From Octopus bimaculoides (taxonomy: Eukaryota): a DNA stretch of 40,381 nt. Both the position numbers and the translations under genes were made by a program. Within the stretch, counting starts at the first letter, position 1, and every line of letters begins with the position of its first letter. The stretch spans positions 5,148,538 through 5,188,918 of the forward strand of contig NC_069007.1 of the NCBI RefSeq assembly GCF_001194135.2, in the 5' to 3' direction. Under the pieces are notes generated by a model. The model did not search any database. It had not been told where the DNA came from and saw nothing but the letters and a program-made list of their open reading frames with translations. Below, piece after piece: positions 1-11,681 of this stretch.

Positions 1-26
1 ATATATATATATATATATACATATAT

Positions 27-192
27 GCGACGGGCTTCTTTCAGTTTCCGTCCACTAAATCCACTCACAAGGCTTTGGTCGGCCCGAGGCTATAGTAGAA
101 GACACTTGCCCAAGGTGCCACGCAGTGGGATTGAAACCCGGAACCATGTGGTTGGTAAGCAAGCTACTTACCACACAGCCACCTCTGCGCCT
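27..192 (-). mobile_element. SINE family A (tRNA-derived, internal TA/TG microsatellite), 5' half
   Basis: Reverse complement begins with the family-A head, including the A-box-like TGGCTGTGTGG. It matches the other copies and resembles the described octopus OK/OR-type SINEs (assignment is inference). Confidence 0.8.
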
Positions 193-237
193 ATATATAT
201 ACACGAATGTAAGGTCTGTCTGTATTATTGTTACAGT

Positions 238-810
238 AAAGGCGACAAACTGGCAGAACTGTTAGCAAGCCGGACAAAATGTTTGGCGGCATTTCGTCCG
301 TCTTTACATTCAGAGTTCAAATTCCGACGAGGTTGACTTTTCCTTTCATCCTATCGGGGATGAAACGGTACTATTCCAGAAGAGTGGTCCCGGTGCGCGC
401 ACTCGCGCTAACTAGTCGATATTTTGTACCTGACGGTTCTTCTGGAACTCTTCTACCACTTATTAAAAAAATTTATCAAGCCAGGGACGACTATATATTC
501 TGATTGTTGGAGTGCGTCGTACAATGGGATTACTGAAATAGACGTGACACCAAAATACACCCTGGAAAAATTATTTACTGTGTTTTATTTACTTTGTTTA
601 CATGCTTTGCGCGTATGCACGTCCGGGCTAGATGGTCGTTGTAGGATCGACTAGTCACGACTAGCTTGCGCGAGTGCGCGCACCGGGACCACTCTTGAAT
701 ATTACCGGATGAAACTACCAGTTGAGCACTGGGGTCGATACAAGTGACTTAACCCCTCTCCCGAAATTGCTGGCCTTGTGCTAAAATTTGAAATCATTAT
801 TGTTAGTAAA
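238..810 (+). mobile_element. tRNA-head SINE, family C, interrupted by the Merlin element
   Basis: Head AGGCGACAAACTGGCAGAA...GAGTTCAAATTCC and core CTTTCATCC lie before 366; the element resumes TACCAGTTGAGCACTGGGGTCGAT after 715. The same family recurs many times in the window. Confidence 0.75.
367..706 (+). mobile_element. Merlin (IS1016/ISXO2-like) DNA transposon, internally deleted
   Basis: The 9-bp TSD GGATGAAAC lies at 358-366 and 707-715. Termini are GGTA...TACC, and a 29-bp perfect inverted core lies at 380-408 and 668-696. The internal frameshifted peptide FVPDGSSGTLLPLIKK/FIKPGTTIYSDCWSASYNGI matches the ISXO2-type DDE transposase motif. Confidence 0.85.
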
Positions 811-818
811 ACATGTCC

Positions 819-1197
819 GTAGCTTGCTTACCAGCCACATGGTCTCGGCTTCAGTCCCACTGCGTGGCACCTTGGGCAAGTGTCTTCTACTATAGCCTCA
901 GGCCGACCAAAGCCTTGTGAGTGGATTTGGTAGATGGAAACTGAAAGAAGCCCGTCGTATATATATGTATGTGTGTGTGTGTGTATGTTTGTGTGTCTGT
1001 GTTTGTCCCCCAAAATCGCTTGACAACCGATGCTAGTGTTTTTACGTTCCCGTAAATTAGCGGTTCGGCAAAAACAGACCGATAGAATAAGTACTAGGCT
1101 TACAAAGAATAAGTCTTGGGGTCGATTTGATTCGACTAAAGGCGGTGCTCCAGCATGGCCGCAGTCAAATGACTGAAACAAGTAAAAGAGTAAAAGA
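819..1197 (+). mobile_element. SINE family A, near full length
   Basis: tRNA-like head, central (TA/TG)n, and tail CAGCATGGCCGCAGTCAAATGACTGAAACAAGTAAAAGAGTA shared with other copies. Confidence 0.85.
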
Positions 1198-1728
1198 TTA
1201 AGACATGTCCAAGATCGTAATATAAACAGTCCTCGTATCTCAGCTCATATATTCATTTTTTTTACCATCATTTCTTTTTTTCCATCATGCATAAAAACGT
1301 TCTAAAGCCAAGATTATCTTCAAAGGTGGCACTGAAGAATTAATCCTGCCAAAATATAATTTCACTACTGATCTGAACTGCTTCACTACATGATTATTAC
1401 CCGTATTATGGGTCAAATGCTGGTAGTAACAAAAAATGCCAATTAATGTATAAAAATATGCGTACAGAATAAATAAAATGCCCAATAAAGCACTCACCAA
1501 ACTTACAAAGAAGGTTAAATGTCAATGACTTTGGGTTAAACGTGATGTTTTCCGCCAAACAACGCCATGATGACGGTGAATCATTAAAATATTTCCCTTT
1601 TGAAAATATTTTCCAGAGATTCTGGAATGAGGAAAATAAGGGAGATAATAAGATTCGAATATTATTTTAATGACAAAATAAGCTTTCAGTGCTGTGCAAA
1701 GAGATGCATTCTAATGTTCCAGCAAGAA

Positions 1729-1960
1729 CTATGTGTTGTGTGTGTGTATATGTATTTTGGGTATATATTTGCGTGTGTTTGTGTATGTGTTTGTATGTAT
1801 ACGTAAGTGTGTATATGTATACCTGTGTGTGTATATATATTTGCGTGTGCATGTGTTCGTGTATATTCGCACGTATATATGTGTATGTATGTATGTATAT
1901 ATATATATATGTGTGTGTATATATATGTGTGTGTATGTGTGTGTGTACATTCCTGCACAC
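1729..1960. repeat. Compound (TG)/(TA) microsatellite
   Basis: Direct reading. Similar tracts lie at 8470-8820, 17420-17550, 22190-22560, 29120-29305, 35960-36145 and 39890-40050. Confidence 0.9.
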
Positions 1961-2044
1961 ACACACGTATTTACTTTTCATTCATATGTAGAACTCAATA
2001 CAAAATATGAGTGGAGTGTGTTGTATTTTTCTATATTTATTTAA

Positions 2045-2264
2045 CCTTTTTGGATACCAACTTACCTGAAACTGTCTTTCATTCTATGATTTAAATTCTG
2101 TGTTTTAAAGTGATTTAAATTCAAACCTTCCATCAAAATTTCCTAATTTATATTTCAAACACCAATTTAATACTGACATATTTATTTTACCAAATTCTTA
2201 ATTAATTTCAAAAGTAACTGACTCAAAGGCTGTGTATTTCAAAAGAAATATGGTAATAAAAGGG
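2045..2264. mobile_element. piggyBac-type MITE (degenerate)
   Basis: TTAA|CCTTTTTGGATACCA ... TGGTAATAAAAGGG|TAAA: imperfect TIRs with a TTAA-like TSD. Confidence 0.5.
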
Positions 2265-2356
2265 TAAACCCTTTTAAAAATCAATGAACCACAATCTCCA
2301 CTGGTTTGCTTGCTCGTCATTGCTCAACTCATGGACACAAGCAATGATTTCTTTAC

Positions 2357-2935
2357 TGAATCGTCACTGGCAATGAAAAATGGTGCCTGTACACCAATAT
2401 GAAGCAGCGTAAGGAATGGCTTAGCACCGGTAAACAAGCGACACCATGCATGAAACAAGATTTTCATCCGCATAAAATGATGTGCGTATGGTGGGACTGG
2501 GAAGGGATTATCCATTATGAATTGCTTGAACGGAACCAAACGGTCAACGCAGAACTCGATGTTCAACAGATGGAATGACTCAACACAGCTATTCAAGAGA
2601 AAAGACCTAATCGGCAGCATGGAGTTCTTCTGCTGCACGACAAAGCTGGCCTTCATATCGCCAATATGACCAAGGAAGTCATTCAAACGCATGGCTGGGA
2701 AGTGCTGCCACACCCGCCATACTCTCCTGATTTGGCACCAATGGATTTCCACCTTTTTCAATCTCTTTCAAATGCTATGCATGGAGTTTCGTTCAACACT
2801 GATGCAGAATTGAGAGCTTGGTTGGATCAATTTTTCGAGTCGAAATAAGGTGATTTCTACCATCGAGGTATTGAAAATCTTGTTGAACGTTGAGAAGAAA
2901 TTGTAAACAACAAGGATGAATACATTATTGATTAA
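2357..2935 (+). pseudogene. Decayed mariner (DD34D) transposase, C-terminal catalytic domain
   Basis: Motifs IVTGNEKW, VWWDWEGIIHYELL, LLHDKA and HPPYSPDLAPMDFHLF are present. In-frame stops and frameshifts disrupt the frame. Confidence 0.9.
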
Positions 2936-3807
2936 TTAGTTGTTATTTTTTATTAAACCTTTCAAAAAAAAATTAAATTAAAATAATAGCAAGGATCTTT
3001 TGTCTTCGTGGAACTGANNNNNNNNNNTTCGTCTGTTCTTGTTTGTTCCCTCTATGTTTAACCCCTTGTGGGCAATAACGAAATAGGTATTGAAAATCTT
3101 GTTGAACGTTGAGAAGAAATTGTAAACAACAAGGATGAATACATTATTGATTAATTAGTTGTTATTTTTTATTAAACCTTTCAAAAAAAAATTAAATTAA
3201 AATAATAGCAAGGATCTTTTGTCTTCGTGGAACTGACAGTAATTCAGTCAAAATGCCACCAAACATTTTGTCCATTTTCATGTTCTAAGTCAAATTCTGT
3301 TAAAGTCAACTTCACATTTCAGCCTAAATCTAATCCCCCTCCTCAAAATTTTTTATAAACTTGTGCTTATAATGGAAAGGATTATTATGTAAGTCAGCTG
3401 ACAGAATCGTTAGGACGCTGGACAAAATGCTTAGCAGTATTTCACCCATTGCTACATTCTGAGTTCAAATTCCACTGAGGTCAACTTTGCCTGTAAATAA
3501 TGTACGTTTCTTTTCTATTTGGTATTTTGTATCAAGATATGCCCTTGCACTTTTTTAACATTTTTTCCATTGACCTTTGAACCATTCTTCTATGCAACTC
3601 AGATCTTTGTGCAAAGTTTTAATATCACCTTCAACTGTCTGCTTCCACCATGGCTCCTTCTGTATGTCTGTTTTCCTCTCTGTCTTTCCCACCACGGCTC
3701 CTTCTGTATGTCTGTTTTCCTCTCTGTCTTTCCCACCACTTCACCTACTAAAATTGAAGCAGATCTGATCAAGTCCCTTGTTTCTTGTTTCCATTAGACC
3801 TTTATTA

Positions 3808-4485
3808 AGGCAGCGAGCTGTCAGAATTATTATTAGCACACCAGACAAAATGCTTCATGGCATTTTGTCTGTCTTTAAATTCTGAGTTCAAATTCCTCCA
3901 AGGTCAACTTTGCCTTTCATCCTGTAGTGGCGCGAAATTATAGCCGCCATTGAGGAAGTACTATTCTGCGCATGCGCAAGGGACTTCACCACTGGAAGCC
4001 CCTCGAGTTGCGCATGCGTAGTAAAACTAGTACTTCAAGAGTGAGTTTCACTTTCTTAGGCAGTTGAGTGACAGACCTTCTACGTGACAACTCCTTGCTT
4101 CTCAACGAAGCACTCTTCACCACAATGCCTTCGATGGTGATAGCTAGTTGCTTCTCTGGCAGGCATCAAGGAAGCTCTTAACTTTCCAATACCAAATAAC
4201 AACATAATCAGCGGCTGCTAAGCTGAATGACAGGAATTGTGAAACCAAGCATCATCATAAATAAAACTTATTTTTATTATGTTAAATTGTTCTACTGTTC
4301 CTTAATATAGAATTATGTTGAAAGGTGATAGAGAGAGACTAAAATCTCTATGACAACTATCAAACTTTTACATTCCTTTCGGAGTCAATAAATTAAGTAC
4401 CAGTGAAACGCCAGGGTCGATGTAATTGACTAGTCCCCTCCCCACAAATTTGAGGCCTTGTGCCTATAATGAAAAGGATTATTAT
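3808..4485 (+). mobile_element. SINE family C hosting the solo LTR
   Basis: Head AGGCAGCGAGCTGTCAGAA...GAGTTCAAATTCC lies before 3922, and the core and tail TTTCGGAGTCAATAAATTAAGTACCAG follow 4373. Confidence 0.75.
3923..4372 (+). mobile_element. Putative solo LTR (450 bp) inserted in a family-C SINE
   Basis: Ends are TGTA...TACA with a 4-bp TSD ATCC/TTCC (1 mismatch). Removing the element restores the SINE core CTTTCATCCTTTCGG. AATAAA lies at 4260-4265, with a CpG-rich promoter-like 5' part. Confidence 0.7.
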
Positions 4486-4496
4486 TATTATCATAA

Positions 4497-4720
4497 GAAC
4501 AAGGTGGTGAGCTGGCAGAATCATTAGCACACTGGGCAAAATACTCAGCAGCGTTTCACCTGTCTTTACATTCTGAGTTCCAATTCCGCAGAGGTCAGCC
4601 TTGTCACACTGTGTCACGCTGAATCTCCCCAAGAACTACGTTAAGGGTACACGTGTCTGTGGAGTGCTCAGCCACTTGCACGTTAATTTCACAAGCAGGC
4701 TGTTCCATTGATCGGATCAA
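4497..4720 (+). mobile_element. Chimeric SINE: family C head fused to family B 3' body
   Basis: The family C head runs to GCAGAGGTCA and switches at GGTCA into family B GCCTTGTCACACTGTGTCACGCTGAATCTCCCC, ending at GATCGGATCAA. Confidence 0.65.
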
Positions 4721-4968
4721 AGATTTATACTTTAAATATATTCCTCTTATTATCATCAAAGAATGTATATATACATTTTAATATTCAAACTGTTTTTTAA
4801 CATTTTTTATTATTCTCAAAGACTTTTGATAATCTTTTTCTAAAAAAGTGAAACCGGTTAAGTAAATAAATATCTTTAAAATAAGTGCATTTTCAAACCT
4901 TCTTTCATATATATTTCCACTCGTACGGTATTCCACAACTTTACTTTATTATATATATATATATATAT

Positions 4969-5260
4969 AGTGTATTTTGTGTGTACAGTTAGATGTATGA
5001 TTGATCTTGTTGAGTTTGGAACTCCACACAAATGATCATCATCCAATTTGCTTCCAGTATTGGTTATGATAATCTATTGGGGTTAAGCATCCAATTGCAC
5101 TTAGAACATTCAATGCGGATGTTCCAGACAACCACAATGGTGAAACATACGTAGGGAACAAATGATATTAATTTGTGTTTATCATAATAAATAAATATAT
5201 GTGTGTAAAGAATTTTGTTGTTTAACAGAATAATTCTATATTCTTCAACATTGGTCCTTT
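4969..5260 (+). repeat. Near-identical direct duplicate of 13208-13511
   Basis: The 292-bp and 304-bp copies differ only by A5045/G13284 and (GT)3 versus (GT)9. Confidence 0.9.
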
Positions 5261-5379
5261 GTCTTTCATCCCTATCAGGTTGGTAAAATAAGTGATACTC
5301 AGGCATTGGGGTAAACGTCATCAACCAGCACCTTCCCTAAAATTTCAAGTCTTTTTCCCATAGAAAGGAAGGCTATTAA

Positions 5380-5626
5380 CCCTTTAGTGTTCAGATTAAT
5401 CTGTTAAACGTAAATTGTTTTGAATTAATCATACATTATCTTGTTTTGAATTAATCATACATTATCTTGTTTTGAATTAATCGTACATTATCTTACAGCT
5501 TTGAAGTTTCGTTGGTGTGATAATTTATTCTTAGAATGTCAATGTAGGTTAGGTGTGAGGGGCCAGTTTGAATGTAAAACATGTAGGATATTTGGGCTGG
5601 ATATGGCCGGCTTAAACACCAAAGGG
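5380..5626. mobile_element. piggyBac-type MITE with internal 3 x 26-bp tandem repeat
   Basis: TTAA|CCCTTTAGTGTT ... AACACCAAAGGG|TTAA (12-bp TIR, 1 mismatch). The unit TTGTTTTGAATTAATCATACATTATC occurs three times at 5415-5492. Confidence 0.75.
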
Positions 5627-6248
5627 TTAAAGGCAGTAAGCTGGTAAACTCGTTAGCACGCTGGACATTATTTAAGCTGTCTTTACGTCTTGTCTTCTTT
5701 GAGAAGCACTGCATCCTTGTCATGGGATTTTCAGAGTAAAATACGAAAATGTTAACCTATTAACTTACTTTAGTTATCCTCAGAAGACTCCTATTATTGG
5801 ACGTTTTGTCCATCTTCATGTTCTGAGTTCAAATTCCATTGTGGTCAACTTTATCTTTCATCCCTTTCAAGGTTGATAAAATAAATACCTGTTGTGTACT
5901 GGAGTTGATGTAATCATCTTAGAGCTCCCCAACAAATTTCAGGCCTCATGCCTTTAGCAGAAAGGATTATTATCATTATTATTATTAATGGTGTTGTGGG
6001 GTTATGTTGAACAGCTGCTGTCATGTGTGGGACGGATCCATGTGTCAGCCAAGTCTGTAGTTATGATCATATCACCACCCTCCTTCAGTCAGACAGGCAA
6101 AGCAGTTTTCCTTTTCCTGGTGGCTGTGGTGAAGGAGGTTGTTTGGTGGACAAGGGTGAAAGTTATGAGGACAGATAAGGTTATTTGCAGACCCCTATTA
6201 TTGTCTATAGCATGGACAGATAAGGCTCAGCTATTACTAACTATGTTA

Positions 6249-6618
6249 TTGGCACTCCGTCACTTACGACGTCGAGGGTTCCAGTTGATCCAATCAACGG
6301 AACAGCCTGCTTGTGAAATTAACGTGCAAGTGGCTGTGCACTCCACAGACACGTGTACCCTTGACGTAGTTCTTGGGGAGATTCAGCGTGACAAGGCTGA
6401 CCCTTTGAATTACAGGCACAACAGAAACAGGAAGTAAGAGTGAGAGAAAGTTGTGGTGAAAGAGTACAGCAGGGTTCGCCACCATCCCCTGCTGGAGCCT
6501 TGTGGAGCTTTAGGTGTTTTTGCTCAATAAACACTCACAAAGCCCGGTCTGGGAATCGAAACCGCGATCCTATGACCACGAGTCCGCTGCCCTAACCACT
6601 GGGCCATTGCACCTCCAC
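6249..6618 (-). mobile_element. SINE family B (tRNA-derived head), full length
   Basis: Reverse complement begins GTGGAGGTGCAATGGCCCAGTGGTTAGGGCAGCGGACTCG, with B-box GGTTTCGATTCC. The body is shared with the other B copies. Confidence 0.85.
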
Positions 6619-6901
6619 TTTTACTAACTATAGCACACAGCTAAGGGTCACATAATGTTACTTGCTGACATGACCCAACTTGTTGTCCACAGGGATGTCG
6701 CCTTCTTTCACTGTTTTCTTTCTGTCATTACTATAATGACCCCTGTTGCTTAGAGCTGGGTGAAACCACTCTCTGCACTCATTCTGGCCATGCATGCCTC
6801 CCCTTCGTCACTGTCATTTTGTGTAACACCACTCCAAGGGCCAGCACTAATCACTATGAGCAGTCCATCCTTCCTAGGGTTTTGTCAAACTGAAAATGCC
6901 T

Positions 6902-7285
6902 CTCTTTTACTTGTTTCAGTCATTTGACTGCAGCCATGCTGGAGCACCACTTTTAGTCGAGCAAATTGCCCCCAGGACTTATTCTTTGTAAGCCTAGTAC
7001 TTATCCTATCCATCTCTTTGCTGAACTGCTAGGTTATGGGAACATAAACACACCAACATCAGTTGTCAAGCAGTGGTGGGGAGACAAACTCAGACATACA
7101 AATACACACACACATATATATGACAGGCTTCTCTCAGTTTCTATCTACCAAATCCACTTACAAGGCTTTGGTTGGCCTGAGGCTATAGTAGAGGACATTT
7201 TGCCCAAGGTGCCACACAGTGGGACTGAACCCGGAATCATGTGGTTGGGAAGCAAGCTTCTTACCACAAAGCCACACCTGCACCT
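6902..7285 (-). mobile_element. SINE family A, full length, head-to-head with the next copy
   Basis: Matches the family A consensus in reverse. Confidence 0.85.
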
Positions 7286-7320
7286 GTAGTTTCTTTGCAT
7301 GTTTTGAATTACAAATGTAC

Positions 7321-7489
7321 AGGCGCAGGAGTGGCTGTGTGGTAAGTAGCTTGCTTACTAACCACATGGTTCCGGGTTCATTCCCACTGCGTGGCACCTT
7401 GGGCAAGTGTCTTCTACTATAGCCTCGGGCCGACCAAAGCCTTGTGAGTGGATTTGGTAGACGGAAACTGAAAGAAGCCCGTCATATAC

Positions 7490-7533
<44 letters not shown>

Positions 7534-7752
7534 GTGTGTATATGTTTGTGTGTCTGTGATTGTCCCCCTCCCCACCCAAGCATCGCTTGACAACCGATGG
7601 TAGTGTGTTTATGTCCCCGTAACTTAGCGGTTCAGCAAAAGAGACCGATAAAATAAGTACTAGGCTTCCAAAGAATAAGTCCTGGGGTCGATTTCCTCGA
7701 CTAAAAGGCGATGCTCCAGAATGGTCGCAGTCAAATGACTGAAACAAGTAAA
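7321..7752 (+). mobile_element. SINE family A, full length
   Basis: Runs from AGGCGCAGGAGTGGCTGTGTGG to ACTGAAACAAGTAAAA. Confidence 0.9.
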
Positions 7753-7974
7753 AAAAAATAGAGTAAGAGAAAACATAAATGCCATCGATCTCACTGTTGT
7801 GGGGTAAGGCCTGCAAAGGCCATGGGCAGTGTCCCTTCTTTCAGACCATCATCTCGAGCTATATCATTGTTTAACATCTATTTCCTATACTAGCAGAAAA
7901 GTTTGTAAAGTTACCTTCTTGAGTTATACCAGTTCATAAGGGCCATTTTGTTGGTTTCCATGGCATATATAATT

Positions 7975-8155
7975 TCCCACCTGGACGGGCCACTGGTCTG
8001 TTAAAAGATGACTCATTTTTGCCAGTTGAGTGGACTGCACCAATATGAAATGAAGTGTTTTGCTCAAGAACACAATGTGTCGCCCGGTCCTGGTATTGAA
8101 ACCACAATCTTACGATCATTAGTCCAACATATTTAGCACTAAAGCACACGCCTTC
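7975..8155 (-). mobile_element. SINE family H (tRNA head, TTGAGCAA...CACTT core), diverged
   Basis: Shares GCTCAAGAACACAA and CAGYTGAGTGRACTG with 21243-21345, 31321-31640 and 33303-33390. Confidence 0.55.
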
Positions 8156-10643
8156 GCTATTTTCCATACTGGCATGGGTTGGACGGTATGGTTGGAATTG
8201 GTAAACCAGAAGACTACTGTGCCAAGCTTCAATGCATAGCTTGGCATGGTTTCAATGGTTGGGTGCCCTTCCCAATACTAAGGTGGTAAAAATTAAAAAC
8301 ACATTCCTGATGGAATCAATGAGAGTGAAGAATTGATTCAGTACTTGACTGCTATTTCATTTATTGACCCCAAGAGGATGAAAGGAATATGAATGTTACA
8401 TATTGATCATTGAAAAATAAACATTTGTTTTAGATATTTATCTGGAAATTTTATTACATAATGGAAATATGTACAAGAATACACACACACACACACAGAT
8501 ATTTATACTTCAATCTTAGACAAAAGACACCAACACATACACACACACACATATGTACAAATGGGCACACATACATGCACGCCCCCACACACATCTATAC
8601 ATACACAAATATAATCTATAGACATATATCTGTGCATATGGATAAACACACACATATATATACATACATATTCAGATATAAATTATATACACATGTATCT
8701 AAGCACATACATGCACACACACACACATTCAGGTATAAATTATATATGCATGTATATATATATATATATACACTACATAAACACACAAAAACATATACAT
8801 ATACACATACATACTTAAATAACAAAAACAGTGAAATTTCTACATGAAACGTTATTATTAATAGTAGTAGTATTAGTAACAGTAGTAGTAGTAGTAGTAG
8901 TTGTAGTATACATATAAGTATGCATTGACAGTTTTTATTGTTTCATTTATTTTTTTACACATAAACACATTTAAAAACACATCCCCTCCCCTTCATCAGT
9001 CATTTGATAAAAAGTCAATGAAAGTAATTTATTGATGAATGTGTCAACAATGAATAAGTTGATTAATGGAAAAGAGGAGTAGTATTAGTAGTGGTGGCTG
9101 TGGTAAAAGTAGTGGTAGTAGTAGTATTTGATTAATGAGAGTGAAGTGAAAGGTGTTTCTCTAAAAAAAATCAATTTTAGTTTTGTTGTTGAGCAAACAG
9201 AATTAAAGATTCTGATGAAGAAAAAAAAAAGATAAAAGGAAAAGAAATTTTTAATCAGTGAGAACAATATATAAGTATATGCACGTGTGTGTATGTATGT
9301 ATATGTGTGTGTGTGTGTGTATACATACCATGATTACTATATAACTTTCGATAAGGGCCATCAAACTTTTGTCCCTTGAGATACTTTGTTAACTTCTGTC
9401 ATTTAAAAATAAGTAAAAAATACATGTTTTATATATGCATATATATGAGTGTGTGTGTGTGTAAATATGCACTAATCTTGGTTATATATATTTACATGAG
9501 TGTGTACATATATATTTATGTGTGTGTGTGAGACATATATAACTTGTGAAATTTTTGTAGTCCAGAAACCCCCCCCCCCCCAGAAATGGCGAAAAGAAAA
9601 TCCCCAAAACTCAATCATGAACATCAATTAGCAAATTTAAATTACCCCAATAATTAATCTGCTTCATCCCAACAGATTCATCCCGACCCCTACAAAATAA
9701 GAATTAAAAAATAAAATAAAAGTAAAAATTATTTATTTCTCTTTGGATGACATTTACAATACATTTCTTAATGAAAAAAAGACCATCTTAGGTGAGTGAA
9801 TGAGTAGTCAACAGACGAGGTATGTGTTAAGGAGAAATAGCATACAGTTGTTGTTTAGTAACAAGATTAGCTCCCTTTATTACGCAAAACTTGTAACAAA
9901 AGGCAATCTAGCCATAAATATCCGGATTATGTTTTTTTTATTATTTATTTGTATCTTATATTTGATTATTTATATATTTTTGTAGATATCATGGACTAGC
10001 ATGATCTAGTGAGTTCCTTTCTTTCTGTAAGACAGTGGTGGTTTGTCATCTAAGGGAAATTTGGCTGCTGTTTTTAGCAGGCCATGTGACCACATAAGGC
10101 TTCTTCTTTGCTGAGTTCATGGGTGGATAATACAGATTAATTCTATAAAGGGAAAATAAAATAATACGAAAGTGCACCTGTTGCTGTGTAGCTTCCGTGG
10201 TCAACTCAAGCCCCCTTCAAACACACATGTAATGAAATATTTTCCATTCCGGCCATAGCTATCCCATCTAATTCTTATTCAGGGATTAACCTTATTGAAC
10301 ACTATTATATCAAATATGCTCTAAATTTTTCCTGTTTGTTGTTTGCTTGAGTCTAAAACTGCAGGGATTGGTTTTGATTTAAGGGGAAGATTTGGCTTGT
10401 TATTTCTAGCTGGTTGAGAGTTCACATAGAGGCCTGCTCTATAGTGGCTCCTCATGAAAAAAATGTTAACATGCTATGGGAGAGGAGCAGGGCAGAAAAA
10501 GGGACAGTCTTATGGAAGCAAAGACTTTTTTTTATATTATTTTTACCAGATTTGGCAGCTGGAAGATAGCATTTATTTGGTCTCTCTGCAATGAGGCTTT
10601 GAATTAACACAATTTTTTTTTTTTGGAACACACACACACACAC

Positions 10644-11432
10644 ACTCTTTTATTTATTTCAGTCATTTGACCGCAACCATGCTGGAGCACTGCCTTCAAG
10701 GATTCTAGTTGAACAAATCGAACCCAGGACTTATTTTTTAAGCCTAGTACTTAATCTGTAGGTCTGTTTTGCCAAACTGCTAAGTAACAGGGACATAAAC
10801 ACACCAACACAGGTTGTCAAGCAGTGATGGAGAGGGGAGGGTGACAAATACAGATACACACACATAAATATATACACACATATACATATATATGATGGGC
10901 TTCCTTCTGTCTCTTGCCACCAAATCCACTTACAAGGCATTGGTTGTCCTGAGGCTATTTTAGAAGAAACTGAACCCAGAACCATGTGATTGGGAAGCAA
11001 GCTTCTTCCCACACAGCCACACCTATATATATATACTCTTTTACTGGTTTCAGTCATTTGACTGCGGCCATGCTGGAGCACTGCCTTTTTTAGTCGAGCA
11101 AATCGACCCCAGAGCTTATTCTTTGTAAGCCTAGTACTTATTCTTTGGGTCTCTTTTGCCGAACCGCTAAGTTACGGGAACGTAAACACACCAGCATCGG
11201 TTGTCAAGCGATGCTGGGGAGACAAACAAACGCACAAACATATATATATATATATATATATACATATACGACGGGCTTCTTCCAGTTTCCATCTACCAAA
11301 TCCACTTGCAAGGCTTTGGTTGGCCTGAGGCTATAGTAGAAGACACTTGCCCAAGGTGTCACGCAGTGGGCCTGAACCCAGAACCATGTGATTGGTAAGC
11401 AAGCTACTTACCACACAGCCACTTCTGCGCCT
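10644..11432 (-). mobile_element. Two tandem family A SINEs (10644-11024, diverged; 11035-11432)
   Basis: Two consecutive reverse matches to the family A consensus. Confidence 0.8.
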
Positions 11433-11514
11433 ATTATATATATATATATGTGTATGTACGTATATATATATGCTTATGTATGCATATATATGTGTATGTA
11501 TGCATATGTGTATA

Positions 11515-11563
<49 letters not shown>

Positions 11564-11640
11564 ATGCATGAAAATATAAGTATATATATGTGTATGTAAA
11601 TATGTGTGTATATATATGTGTGTGTATATATGTATGTATG

Positions 11641-11681
<41 letters not shown>

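Noticed and set aside
4125-4181. Short ORF MPSMVIASCFSG inside the solo LTR as a possible THAP start
   Set aside because: It stops after 18 codons and lacks the C2CH pattern.
5415-5492. Three 26-bp direct repeats suggestive of a CRISPR array
   Set aside because: The units are contiguous with no spacers, lie inside a TTAA-flanked MITE, and there are no cas genes in this eukaryotic context.
5988-6534. ORFs of 60-150 aa recurring with similar peptides (e.g. STDTCTLNVVLG, PRCHAVGLNPEPC)
   Set aside because: They are chance frames within SINE families A and B, recurring only because the SINEs recur.
7321-7400. tRNA-like A/B-box sequences at SINE heads
   Set aside because: There is no complete cloverleaf or acceptor stem, and each continues into a repeated SINE body.
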